64,000 bases of DNA. Origin: Candidatus Peribacteria bacterium RIFCSPLOWO2_12_FULL_55_15 (GTDB lineage Bacteria > Patescibacteriota > Gracilibacteria > Peribacterales > Peribacteraceae). The notes below the pieces were generated by a model, which searched no databases, had not been told where the DNA came from, and saw nothing but the letters and a program-made list of their open reading frames with translations. Positions 18,529 to 27,528 of this stretch are shown here, piece after piece. A program made the position numbers and the translations under genes. How positions within the stretch are numbered: position 1 is the stretch's first letter; each line of letters opens with the position of its first letter. The stretch spans positions 13,341 to 77,340 of the forward strand of contig MFYG01000021.1 of NCBI GenBank assembly GCA_001789045.1, read 5' to 3'.

Positions 18529-20561
18529 GGTGCTGGAGTTGTAGGTGGAGGAGGTGGTGGTGGTGGGGGGGTGGTGGGGGCGGGTGTGGTGAGGTTAATA
18601 ATGAGATTATTCTGCCAGTCGGAGGGCAGGTTCCCGGCAATGGAGGTGTCCGCATCGACGATTCTTTTCACAGAATCAACTATTTGCTCTGAAGTTGAGC
18701 GATCGAAATCCCCGACTTTTATTGCGAGGGTATCAAGAATTCTCTGGAGTTCCTTTCTTGCTTCCTTATACTCTGGTGTACTCTTGTTTACGAGCGTTAG
18801 TATGGTCTGTTGGAACTGTTTTCCGAGGTTGGTTTCCTTGAGTTCCTTTGCTGCGGCGGCGGCTTTATCTGTGGATATGGTCTTTGCGCCAAAGAGCGGT
18901 TTCCCCGCCCATGCGTTTGCCAATATTTGATCCGGACTCAGCTTCTGTCGTGTTCTCATTATCTGCGCGGGGATGGCTAACATTGATGCCACATTGATTT
19001 TATCCGCACCGAGCCATTTTTTCCCGCGCTCCGTCCTGCTGAGGGCTTGCAATGGTCTTTTTGCCATAGCGACGCCGAATCCTCCTGAGAGCGCAACAGT
19101 TCCAGCGCTGTAACCGTAGGCGCCGATTTTCCCCAATTTCTGGCCGGTTGCTTTGATGGCAGCGCTCCCCATACCGATATATTCATCCGATTGGAGAACG
19201 GCGAAGACCCCCATCCATAGGATGATGATTGAGAGGGCCATGAACAGAAAATTGGGGAGGGCTGAAAGGACTCCGTTGGTTGTGAGGGTAATGTTATTCA
19301 GCGCAGCGGCTGTTCCGGGAGCGTTCTGTATGCTTTGCAACGCGATGAATCCTACAGCGATAGGGATGCCGGCCATAACGGGCATGAAGGCTGCAGATAG
19401 GAACTTTTTCCATATTTTGTCTGTGAATGGTTTGATGGAGTCCGCGACAAACCCGAGCGCGACGAAGGGCATGAACCCCATGGTGATCCAGAGGATTGGC
19501 AGGCGGATGATGAAGGCGAGAGCGAGGGCTGCTAGGATGATCAAGTACGAGCCTGTACCAAGCATGATGAGAAACAGCCCCATGGCAAGTTCTATTGTTT
19601 CCGTGAACGATGATGCGGGGCTGGTGAAGATGCCGAGGTTCAATAATGGCTCAAATAATGTGGCAGCATCTGGGTTGAGCGTTGCTCCCTGTTGGAGGAT
19701 TTGCGCCAAAAATGTGGTCAATCCGCTGACAACGTAGTTTGCAGGATTTCCTGCTCCGATTGGATCAATTTTGACGCAGATCAGCGCAGTAGGGCAGATG
19801 GAGCCTGGGGGGGCAAGGGTTCTGAGGATAACACCTGTGATTGCTTTGCAATTGTTGCATGGCACATGAGCGCTAAGGGAAAAGATGGCGCGTGTGCCAA
19901 TAGATGCTGCGTCGACGATTACGCCGGGGATGAACCAGGAGAAGTTCACGAGGATGATGGCGGCGAGAAACTTCAGCGCGTAGCGATCGATGAATTCCTT
20001 GTTCGCTTTGATGATGGTCATGATGGCGCCGAAGAGGAAGACGGCGGCGAAACCGATGTTCACTGCGTTGCGGGAGACGGTCCAGATGTTTCGGTGGATG
20101 ACAGATTGTATATCTGGACTGTAAAAGAGAAAGTACGCGATGGTCCCATTTGCGGAGGAAACGGTCGATTCGACGATTTTGATCATTATGAATATGAGCG
20201 GGACGGCGATGCTGACGAAAATTGTGTAGATGGTCCATACAATGATGCGGCCTAGTGTTGCGATGAAGATTACGAGGAGTAATCCGAAGAAGGCCTTCTG
20301 TGCTAACCACAAAGCTGTATCCCTTATGAATTTCAAGATCCCTTGTGCGACTATGGCCCAAAGCGGGGCTTGTGCGAGGAGGCCAAGAGCATGTGCCTTT
20401 TCAATGATTGCGGTGGAGAGCAGGTCTACTGTGCCGTGCGTCACGGCGATTGAGATAAGGAAGATAATGGCTATTCCTCCGCAGACGCATTTTCCAATGG
20501 AGGAGCGATATTTGTGTTTACGCATTCTTTCCAGAATAGCATATATGTCTATTTCTTGCAA
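18525..20561 (-). CDS. Large polytopic membrane protein (at least 10 TM segments) with a soluble C-terminal region ending in a polyproline tail; possibly TrbL/VirB6-like
   Basis: Many hydrophobic helices throughout. The C-terminus is ...TTPAPTTPPPPPPPPPTTPAP. It follows the pilin-like gene after 18 nt. The start is TTG 20561 or ATG 20525. The VirB6 assignment rests on architecture and context only. Confidence 0.6.
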   Translation of the reverse strand: MQEIDIYAILERMRKHKYRSSIGKCVCGGIAIIFLISIAVTHGTVDLLSTAIIEKAHALGLLAQAPLWAIVAQGILKFIRDTALWLAQKAFFGLLLVIFIATLGRIIVWTIYTIFVSIAVPLIFIMIKIVESTVSSANGTIAYFLFYSPDIQSVIHRNIWTVSRNAVNIGFAAVFLFGAIMTIIKANKEFIDRYALKFLAAIILVNFSWFIPGVIVDAASIGTRAIFSLSAHVPCNNCKAITGVILRTLAPPGSICPTALICVKIDPIGAGNPANYVVSGLTTFLAQILQQGATLNPDAATLFEPLLNLGIFTSPASSFTETIELAMGLFLIMLGTGSYLIILAALALAFIIRLPILWITMGFMPFVALGFVADSIKPFTDKIWKKFLSAAFMPVMAGIPIAVGFIALQSIQNAPGTAAALNNITLTTNGVLSALPNFLFMALSIIILWMGVFAVLQSDEYIGMGSAAIKATGQKLGKIGAYGYSAGTVALSGGFGVAMAKRPLQALSRTERGKKWLGADKINVASMLAIPAQIMRTRQKLSPDQILANAWAGKPLFGAKTISTDKAAAAAKELKETNLGKQFQQTILTLVNKSTPEYKEARKELQRILDTLAIKVGDFDRSTSEQIVDSVKRIVDADTSIAGNLPSDWQNNLIINLTTPAPTTPPPPPPPPPTTPAP

Positions 20562-20579
20562 GGTTTTGAGAATAGAGGA

Positions 20580-21563
20580 CTAGACGACACCGAATGCCGA
20601 TGGGTCGATTGTGGAGAGAATCGTTCCTGCGAAAATGAGCATAAGGAGTCCGACGATTGCCCACAGTATGTGGTCTTTGGCAGTTGTACGGAGACCCGGA
20701 TTCCCGCCAGAATTCATGATTTCGATGCCGCCGATGACAATTCGGAGGAGGGCGAGTCCCACTCCGATGCCGATGAGCCATTTCCAGACAGCAGAAACGT
20801 AGGACATAGCGCCAAGCGTCTGCTGGGAACTGAAAGGTTGCAGGAATGTGAGAGAAGAATTGTCTGGAAATGGAAGTAGTGACCATGTTGGGACGACGTT
20901 TGATCCACATACTCTGTCGGGGCCGCAGTTGCCACTGCAGCAATCCTCTTTGAGATAACATCTCTGATTATCCATGATGCAGCATTTGGATGTCTGTGGG
21001 GAACACCTGAGGCGAAGGGGTTGCTGACAGCAGCGCTCTTCTGGATGTTCACTGCAATCTTTGCCAACTATACGACAGGCAGTATCCACTGGTGGTGGGG
21101 TAGGTAAATTACATTTACCATTTATGCAGACATTGGACCCCTGTTGACCTTGAAAACAGCAATCCGCGTTTTTATTACAGTCTTGGTCGGGTTTTTTACA
21201 GCACTTCTTATCGTAACATATCAATCCAAAAGAATAGCAACATTCTTGTGGAAACTGACATGGTTCTCCGACTGATTTACAGTGGGCACATCTTGCTTCG
21301 CCGAGGAATGTACTATTGCAGTTTCCAAAGCAACATTCATCGCTATCCGTACATTTTATACCTATGTCTTTACAGCATACATTTCCCGGTCCGCAGATCA
21401 GATCTTTGTTAGGACAGCAATCGCTTTGATCATTGCATACATCAGAGATGTTGCTGCATTCTTCTACATCTACATCTACATTTACATTGTCTGCATAGAG
21501 AGCGAGAGGGGTCAGAAGAAAAGTACCAACGAGTACGACCCGCCATGTCCGGCGCATGCGCAT
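20580..21563 (-). CDS. Secreted cysteine-rich protein: signal peptide, six cystine-knot-like modules, and a C-terminal TrbC/VirB2-like two-helix pilin domain
   Basis: Signal peptide MRMRRTWRVVLVGTFLLTPLALYA. 36 Cys in a regular C-x6-C-x5-CC pattern. The C-terminus WKWLIGIGVGLALLRIVIGGIEIM-NSGGNPGLRTTAKD-HILWAIVGLLMLIFAGTIL forms a TM hairpin. The ORF could extend to a TTG at 21596. Confidence 0.7.
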   Translation of the reverse strand: MRMRRTWRVVLVGTFLLTPLALYADNVNVDVDVEECSNISDVCNDQSDCCPNKDLICGPGNVCCKDIGIKCTDSDECCFGNCNSTFLGEARCAHCKSVGEPCQFPQECCYSFGLICYDKKCCKKPDQDCNKNADCCFQGQQGSNVCINGKCNLPTPPPVDTACRIVGKDCSEHPEERCCQQPLRLRCSPQTSKCCIMDNQRCYLKEDCCSGNCGPDRVCGSNVVPTWSLLPFPDNSSLTFLQPFSSQQTLGAMSYVSAVWKWLIGIGVGLALLRIVIGGIEIMNSGGNPGLRTTAKDHILWAIVGLLMLIFAGTILSTIDPSAFGVV

Positions 21564-21602
21564 ATGTAGGTGTATTGTAGAGTGTGATTTTTCCAATTAC
21601 AA

Positions 21603-21878
21603 TCACCGATATTTTTGGTGTGTCATTCTGTCCATGAGTACGACTGCAAGAACTCCTGCCGTGAAGGCTGGGAGCATGCTTATCAGTGGAAAGAGTTCGA
21701 TCGTTCCTGCGATGACGGTGGGAAATGCCGGAACCCTTTTTATTTTCCAGTAGAGATACAATATAGGCGACACCACCAGTGACACGAGTACATTGATGAT
21801 TGGTAACAATGAGAAAAGATCTGCAGTGAGTGCAAACAGAACGAGCAGAGCAATTTCAGTGGAGGAGATTTTAAACAC
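21603..21878 (-). CDS. Small integral membrane protein (91 aa, about 3 TM), first gene of the cassette
   Basis: Hydrophobic ORF with a GTG start, located 6-39 nt upstream of the pilin-like gene on the same strand. Confidence 0.45.
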   Translation of the reverse strand: MFKISSTEIALLVLFALTADLFSLLPIINVLVSLVVSPILYLYWKIKRVPAFPTVIAGTIELFPLISMLPAFTAGVLAVVLMDRMTHQKYR

Positions 21879-22144
21879 AGCGTCCTAAGTATAGGAGATA
21901 CTGAAAAACTCCGCCACTGACTGCTGTTCATCGACCCCCTCACTCCCATTCGGGCATGATGGCTTCGAACGGCTGCCCTCTCCCATAGGTGGAGGGGATA
22001 ACTAAACAAATTTTTTGTTCAATAATTTCTCTTCAATCCTGCAGTAATCTTTCCTCAAGCTCATACCATTTTCACTGGCTTTTTTCGGTAAATGTGATCA
22101 AATTTGTTGCACATAGGAGAGAGCACTGAGTACTATCTGTATAC

Positions 22145-22738
22145 ATGTCTTCGGCGAGCATTCTGAAGGCGCTCTTCAGTTCGCAGACCCGGGTGAAGCT
22201 TCTCTCGACGTTCTTGCTTCACCCCGAGCGCGAATACTTCATCCGTGAGCTGACGCGCCTCCTCAGTGAGCAGATCAACTCGATCCGGCGTGAACTGGAG
22301 AATCTCCGGAGGGTCGGTCTCGTCCGCGCCAGGCACCGTAATCGCAAGAAGTATTACCGTGTCGAGCAGGATTTTCTCTTGTACGGCGATCTTCGTTCCC
22401 TCTTTTCCAAAGTGGTGCAAGGGGAGAGTCCGCTCGTCCATGGACTTCGTAATCTTCCCTATGTGCAGTTGGTGCTCCTCGCCGGGAATTTCTGTGGGAC
22501 GGAGAGCAAAGTGGATCTTCTCCTTGTCGGGAATCTTCGGAAAGAGCTGGTGGAATCTCTTCTCTCTCAGGATGCACAGTACCGCCATGTGAAGTATTCC
22601 ATCTTCTCTGAGGCGGATTTCCTCTATCGCCTGAGCCTCAAAGATCGCTTTGTGACGGAGATCCTGTGCGATCCCAGGCATTTGATTGTCGTCAATAAGA
22701 TGCAGCCACAGATTGAGGAGGCGAGGGGGAAGAAGTGA
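22145..22738 (+). CDS. Winged-helix (ArsR-like) transcriptional regulator with a C-terminal uncharacterised domain
   Basis: The N-terminus RVKLLSTFLLHPEREYFIRELTRLLSEQINSIRRELENLRRVGLV resembles a wHTH. It is divergent from the membrane cassette. Confidence 0.6.
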   Translation: MSSASILKALFSSQTRVKLLSTFLLHPEREYFIRELTRLLSEQINSIRRELENLRRVGLVRARHRNRKKYYRVEQDFLLYGDLRSLFSKVVQGESPLVHGLRNLPYVQLVLLAGNFCGTESKVDLLLVGNLRKELVESLLSQDAQYRHVKYSIFSEADFLYRLSLKDRFVTEILCDPRHLIVVNKMQPQIEEARGKK

Positions 22739-22807
22739 TGATCCTCCTCCGGGAGGACCTATCCAGTTTTCGTTTGACAGGGTGGTGGCAGTCCGTAGGA
22801 TTCCCCT

Positions 22808-23218
22808 GTGACCCAGGCAGTTATCCATGGACAGAGCAAGGCATTTGTCAAAGAACGGCCGGAAATCCGGTCGGGGTATACGGTGCGGGTGCATGAGCGG
22901 ATTCAAGAAGGGGAGAAGGAGCGCGTACAGGTTTTTGAGGGGCTGGTTATTGCCGTACACCATGGCCATGTTCCGACCGATCGGTCGTTCACTCTTCGGC
23001 GCACCGTATCGGGTGTGGGGGTCGAGAAGGTCTATGCTCTCCATTCCCCGCGCATCGAGCGGGTGGAAGTGCGGAAGATTGCCAAGGTGCGGCGCGCACG
23101 GCTCATGTTTCTCCGTCGGATTTCTGGCAAGGCCTCGCGTTTACAAGAGCGCCTTATCACATCGGAAGAGTCACATGCGAAGGAGCACGAGGAAGCGAAC
23201 CCCTTGTCCTCTCCCTGA
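22808..23218 (+). CDS. rplS: 50S ribosomal protein L19
   Basis: RSGYTVRVHERIQEGEKERVQVFEGLVIA, FTLRR...GVGVEKVY.LHSP and VRRARL.FLR are present. The start is GTG. The acidic C-terminal tail runs into a REP-like hairpin. Confidence 0.88.
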   Translation: MTQAVIHGQSKAFVKERPEIRSGYTVRVHERIQEGEKERVQVFEGLVIAVHHGHVPTDRSFTLRRTVSGVGVEKVYALHSPRIERVEVRKIAKVRRARLMFLRRISGKASRLQERLITSEESHAKEHEEANPLSSP

Positions 23219-23227
23219 GGGGGAGGG
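23207..23227. repeat. REP-like hairpin TCCTCTCCC-TGA-GGGGGAGGG spanning the rplS stop codon
   Basis: Inverted repeat with G-U wobbles. It belongs to the same motif family as 10693-10713 and 37321-37343. Confidence 0.55.
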
Positions 23228-23240
23228 AATATGTGGTCTC

Positions 23241-24134
23241 ATGCGTACCTACCTTCTCATAGGGAACTATGGGGTCGGGAATGTGGGGGATGAGGCATTG
23301 AAAGAGTATTTTCTCCAACGATTTCCCGAGATTGAATGGGTAGTGTTATCTGCAAATCCGGAACATGTGGAGATTCCACGGTTACCGTTTGGGATTCGTT
23401 CCTTCTTCACTCCGTGGTGGCGGACACTTCTTGCCTATTGGCAGTGCAATGGGGTGGTATTTGGAGGGGGGAGTCTTTTTACCGATACAGAGTCCTCGTT
23501 GGCTCCTGTTCTCTGGTGGTGGCACGCTGTTCTGGCGGCGTTTATTCGGAAGCCTGTTTTTCTTGCGTTCCAGGGAGTCGGACCCTTCCGAACAAGGCGA
23601 GGGGAATGGTGTGCCCGGTGGGTAGGGAGGAGAGCAGCACTCCTCAGCGTTCGCGATGTGTTGTCTCTTGCGCGCGTGGAGCGATGGAATTTGAATAAAA
23701 AATGTATTCTAAGTTTCGATCCTGTTTTTTCTCTTATGATATCGAAGAATATCCGGCTCTGTCCGAGTTTCGCTGCAATACCAGTTGATGCTGTTCGATC
23801 AAAAATATTGCTCATAATTCCACGTGGAAATTCCTCGCGAGAATTCTGGGATCGTTCTGAGAAAATGCGTGGTGAAGGGTGGGATGGGGTGCGGGTACAG
23901 GAACCAAGGAGCCTCTCGGAACTCTCTGCATTTATTTCCTCATCCTCTTTTCTTCTCACTCAGCGGTACCATGCCGGAATTGTTGCTCTCGTATTGGGGG
24001 TATCTTTCGAGGCAGTGCCGCAGGTTCTAGGGGATAAGTTTGATGCGCTCAATCATGAGGATCGTGATCTTGTACATCTTCGGGAACGTGTGCGTGGGGG
24101 GGAGGAAGCACTGCGTAATGCCCTGCTATCATAG
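23241..24134 (+). CDS. Polysaccharide pyruvyl transferase family protein (CsaB-like)
   Basis: The N-terminus MRTYLLIGNYGVGNVGDEALKEYF (G-x-x-N-x-GD-E-A) and GGGSLFTD are present. I chose the ATG at 23241 because the upstream part of the track ORF overlaps rplS in another frame. Confidence 0.65.
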   Translation: MRTYLLIGNYGVGNVGDEALKEYFLQRFPEIEWVVLSANPEHVEIPRLPFGIRSFFTPWWRTLLAYWQCNGVVFGGGSLFTDTESSLAPVLWWWHAVLAAFIRKPVFLAFQGVGPFRTRRGEWCARWVGRRAALLSVRDVLSLARVERWNLNKKCILSFDPVFSLMISKNIRLCPSFAAIPVDAVRSKILLIIPRGNSSREFWDRSEKMRGEGWDGVRVQEPRSLSELSAFISSSSFLLTQRYHAGIVALVLGVSFEAVPQVLGDKFDALNHEDRDLVHLRERVRGGEEALRNALLS

Positions 24135-24140
24135 CGCTCC

Positions 24141-25976
24141 ATGGAGATCAGGAACTTCTGCATCATTGCGCATATTGATCACGGGAAGTCGACGTTGGCG
24201 GATCGCTTTCTCGAAGTGACCGGCACGCTCAAGAAACGCGAGATGAGGGAGCAAACGCTCGATATGATGGATCTGGAACGTGAGCGAGGCATTACGATTA
24301 AGCTCACGCCAGTGCGTATGTCCTATCAGGGGATTCAACTGAATTTGATCGACACGCCGGGGCACACGGATTTCCGTTATGAGGTGAGCCGATCGCTCGT
24401 TGCCTGTGAAGGCGTGATCCTGCTTGTCGATGCGTCGCAGGGTATCCAGGCGCAGACGCTCGCCGTCCTCACGATGGCGATGGAGCATGATCTGACGATC
24501 ATTCCCGTGCTGAATAAAATCGATCTGCCCTCTGCGGATACAGAGCGCGTTAGCGAGGAAGTTCGGCGCATGCTCGGTTGCAAGAAGGAAGACATCCTCC
24601 TCATTTCCGCGAAGGATGGTAGGGGAGTGGAGGAGCTGCTGCGAGCGGTGATTGAGAGAATCCCAAGTACACAGCCTCTCACCCTACCTTCTTCCAATGA
24701 GAGAGGGGCAAGCTCACGGGCGCTGATTTTCGACGCTGTCATGGATACTTACCGCGGCGTCGTCGCCTACGTCCGCATCTTCGACGGCAGCTTCAGGAAG
24801 GGGCAGGAGGTTTTCTTGCTTGGCGCCAAGGGGCGTTTCGAAGTGCAGGACGTCGGGCACTTCTCGCCGAAGTACATCGCAGATGACGAACTTCCAGCTG
24901 GATCGATCGGGTACGTTGTGACCGGAGCGAAGGATGTTGGGCTCGTGCGGGTTGGCGACACGATTGCCGATCAAGCGACCGCGCATCCGCTCCCGGGCTA
25001 CAAGCATGTGCAGCCGATGGTGTTCGCCGGTTTGTATCCCTCAGAAGCGGATGGTTACCACGATCTTCGCGATGCGCTTGAGAAACTAGCGCTCAATGAC
25101 GCAGCGCTCCAGATCGAACACGAGCGGAATGCCGCGCTTGGGAACGGTTTTCGCTGTGGGTTCCTTGGTCTCCTCCACATGGACATCATCCAGGAGCGTC
25201 TCGAGCGCGAGTACGACTGCGACCTTGTGATCACGGCGCCGAGCGTGCTTTATGAGGTGAAGCTGAGTGTCCGCCAACCTGCGAGCGTCGTGCGCAGCAG
25301 TCTTCTGAAGTCCGATGAGCCCGATGTTGCGCAGATCAGCAATCCCGCCGATTTCCCAGACGCTTCGTGCATCGCTGAAGTCCGCGAGCCCTGGGTCGCG
25401 CTCGAGATCGTGTGCCGTTCAGAGGATGTTGGTGCCGTTATGACGCTCACACAGGAGCGGCGCGGTACGTACTTTGGTCTCGAGTACCTCGATGCGGGCC
25501 GAGCACTGTTAAAATTCGAGGTGCCGCTCCAGGCCATCATCCTCGACTACTTCGATAAGCTCAAATCAGCGACGTCCGGCTATGGGTCGATGAGCTACGA
25601 GCCGATGGAATACCGTGCTGGCGATCTCGTGAAGTTAGCGATTCTCCTCCTTGGCGACCCGGCCGAGGCTCTGAGTACGATTGTGCATAGGAGCGAGGCG
25701 CACGCGGTCGGCGCGATAGTTTGCAAGCGCCTCAAGGAGGCTCTCCCAAAAGCGCAATTCGAAATCCCTATCCAAGCTGCGGTTGGCGCCAAAGTCGTCG
25801 CGCGCGAAACACTCGGCGCAATGCGCAAGGATGTCACGGGCTATCTCTACGGTGGTGACGTCAGCCGCAAACAGAAGCTTCTCAAGAAGCAGAAAAAGGG
25901 CAAGAAGCGGATGAAGCAGATGGGGAAGGTGACGCTCACGCAGGAGGCATTCCTCAGTGTGTTGCAACGTGATTAA
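24141..25976 (+). CDS. lepA: Elongation factor 4 (LepA)
   Basis: IRNFCIIAHIDHGKSTLADR, DTPGHTDF, NKIDL and the LepA C-terminal domain (GKKRMKQMGKV) are present. Confidence 0.95.
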   Translation: MEIRNFCIIAHIDHGKSTLADRFLEVTGTLKKREMREQTLDMMDLERERGITIKLTPVRMSYQGIQLNLIDTPGHTDFRYEVSRSLVACEGVILLVDASQGIQAQTLAVLTMAMEHDLTIIPVLNKIDLPSADTERVSEEVRRMLGCKKEDILLISAKDGRGVEELLRAVIERIPSTQPLTLPSSNERGASSRALIFDAVMDTYRGVVAYVRIFDGSFRKGQEVFLLGAKGRFEVQDVGHFSPKYIADDELPAGSIGYVVTGAKDVGLVRVGDTIADQATAHPLPGYKHVQPMVFAGLYPSEADGYHDLRDALEKLALNDAALQIEHERNAALGNGFRCGFLGLLHMDIIQERLEREYDCDLVITAPSVLYEVKLSVRQPASVVRSSLLKSDEPDVAQISNPADFPDASCIAEVREPWVALEIVCRSEDVGAVMTLTQERRGTYFGLEYLDAGRALLKFEVPLQAIILDYFDKLKSATSGYGSMSYEPMEYRAGDLVKLAILLLGDPAEALSTIVHRSEAHAVGAIVCKRLKEALPKAQFEIPIQAAVGAKVVARETLGAMRKDVTGYLYGGDVSRKQKLLKKQKKGKKRMKQMGKVTLTQEAFLSVLQRD

Positions 25977-26053
25977 TGGTTGCGCGGGCCGGATTTGAAC
26001 CGGCGACCTCCGGGTTATGAGCCCGGCGAGCTACCAGGCTGCTCCACCGCGCG
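25977..26053 (-). tRNA. Initiator tRNA-fMet (anticodon CAT), CCA encoded
   Basis: The reverse complement is CGCGCGG-TG-GAGC...GCTC-GCCGGG-CTCATAA-CCCGG..., with a C1:A72 mismatch and three G-C pairs closing the anticodon stem. It is near-identical in layout to E. coli tRNA-fMet. Its 3' end abuts the lepA stop. Confidence 0.9.
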
Positions 26054-26087
26054 GCGTAGACACTATTCTGCATGGAGAAAATTCCCT

Positions 26088-26115
26088 TTGCAAGCGAAAG
26101 CATGGACGGTAGAAT
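26088..26115 (+). promoter_or_regulatory. Promoter candidate for rpmA with the -10 only 6 nt from the ATG (leaderless-type)
   Basis: TTGCAA, a 16-nt spacer, TAGAAT, then gatgcc-ATG(26122). No SD is present. Confidence 0.45.
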
Positions 26116-26121
26116 GATGCC

Positions 26122-26403
26122 ATGGCACATAAGAAAGCTGGCGGGACAACCACAAATGGGCGAGATAGTCGCGCAAAACGCCGTGGCGTGAAGCGGTTTG
26201 GCGGGCAGGTTGTTCAAGCAGGAGAAGTTCTTCTACGGCAGAAAGGTCTGCGTTTCCATTCTGGCCCATATACCTATATCGGAAGAGACGGCACTATTCA
26301 CGCGGCTCTTTCTGGCACTGTAACGTTTATGAAACGCAAGTTGCCCAATTTTCATGGCTGCAATCGCCGGTGTACCATTGTGACGATTGCTCCGGCTCAC
26401 TAG
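26122..26403 (+). CDS. rpmA: 50S ribosomal protein L27
   Basis: MAHKKAGGTTTNGRDS.AKR.GVK.FGGQ is present. Confidence 0.93.
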   Translation: MAHKKAGGTTTNGRDSRAKRRGVKRFGGQVVQAGEVLLRQKGLRFHSGPYTYIGRDGTIHAALSGTVTFMKRKLPNFHGCNRRCTIVTIAPAH

Positions 26404-26412
26404 GATATCCCC

Positions 26413-27072
26413 ATGTCTGACGTCGGTGGTCTTGAATCATTTACACCTGGTGAAGGTGGTTCGGGGGTTTCCGAGGAATTGAGCGAGGAAGCGAAACAAC
26501 GTTTCGCAGCCGCCGGCGCCGTTCTCCAGCAGATCTATCGGGAGGAGCGCAAGGCGAAGCGACGCGACCGTTCGGTTGTGGACATCATTCTCCAGTTTCT
26601 CAATGACGACCAGCGAGCGCATCTGAGCACTCTCGTCGTTCAACTTTGTGCGAAAAATTGTCCATCACCTTTTCTTCTTGCTATTCTTTCTCTCATCAGT
26701 GAGCCATGTCTGGTGGTACTCCAAGAGTACCTTCGTGAAGCAGATGAGAAGGCATTGGATGGCAATGTTGCTCTCGAAACCGCACTGACTGCATACCAGT
26801 CACTGGATCAGGAAACGAACCGAACACTTATTGAGTGGATTACCAGACTCCAGATTGTTCTTTTCATTGAAAACACAGAGATTCTTTCATCGATTCGTCA
26901 AACGGATGGCACACTCGATCTTTCTCTTCTGCAACTCACCACATTCGTCATCCAAGAATTTTTTAGCATCAAAGGGAAGCAGGCTGAATATGAACGCGCA
27001 CGGCAATTTACAGCCAGCATTCTGCAAATGCTCTTCGAGCCATTCCTCACAGATCTCCACGAACGTCCTTGA
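26413..27072 (+). CDS. Hypothetical protein (219 aa)
   Basis: Intact ORF 9 nt after rpmA. No motif recognised. Confidence 0.5.
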   Translation: MSDVGGLESFTPGEGGSGVSEELSEEAKQRFAAAGAVLQQIYREERKAKRRDRSVVDIILQFLNDDQRAHLSTLVVQLCAKNCPSPFLLAILSLISEPCLVVLQEYLREADEKALDGNVALETALTAYQSLDQETNRTLIEWITRLQIVLFIENTEILSSIRQTDGTLDLSLLQLTTFVIQEFFSIKGKQAEYERARQFTASILQMLFEPFLTDLHERP

Positions 27073-27496
27073 TTTTCTCTCGGTGGAAGAGATAGAGCAT
27101 CCAGTGTTCGATAACCGGGGTTTGTTGGAGAAATTCTTCATAGAGCGCCTGTTGCTTCTCCTCTGACGAGGGAACACCTTTTTCTTCAGCGGTTGTTTCC
27201 GGAGTTCGTAGAATCAGAAGAGTTTTCTCTCCTGGGTTTACGCGGCCAAGCTTCTCCTTTGCGAATTTGTCCTTGAACTGTGCGGAGCGAAAGTACTCGA
27301 GATCCCGGTATCCCTGCTCGATTTCTTGGAGTAAAACGCTGTTTCGATTTTCGAGTTCTTGCAGGATTTGTTCGAAAAGGAGATTCCGGTAGAAGGAAAT
27401 GGTGAGACCGAATGCCATGAGACCCACCACAATGAGTCCGGCCATGATCGTGAGGTTTTTCCGGATTGGTTCCGTGCTTTGTCCGGGTGTAGGCAT
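27047..27496 (-). CDS. Septum formation initiator (FtsB/DivIC-like): single TM plus coiled coil
   Basis: One N-terminal TM (LTIMAGLIVVGLMAFGLTISF) is followed by a heptad-rich segment (LFEQILQELENRNSVLLQEIEQ). Confidence 0.55.
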   Translation of the reverse strand: MPTPGQSTEPIRKNLTIMAGLIVVGLMAFGLTISFYRNLLFEQILQELENRNSVLLQEIEQGYRDLEYFRSAQFKDKFAKEKLGRVNPGEKTLLILRTPETTAEEKGVPSSEEKQQALYEEFLQQTPVIEHWMLYLFHREKIKDVRGDL

Positions 27497-27528
27497 TCGG
27501 TCTGTATTGTAGGGTATGCTTTGTCCCT

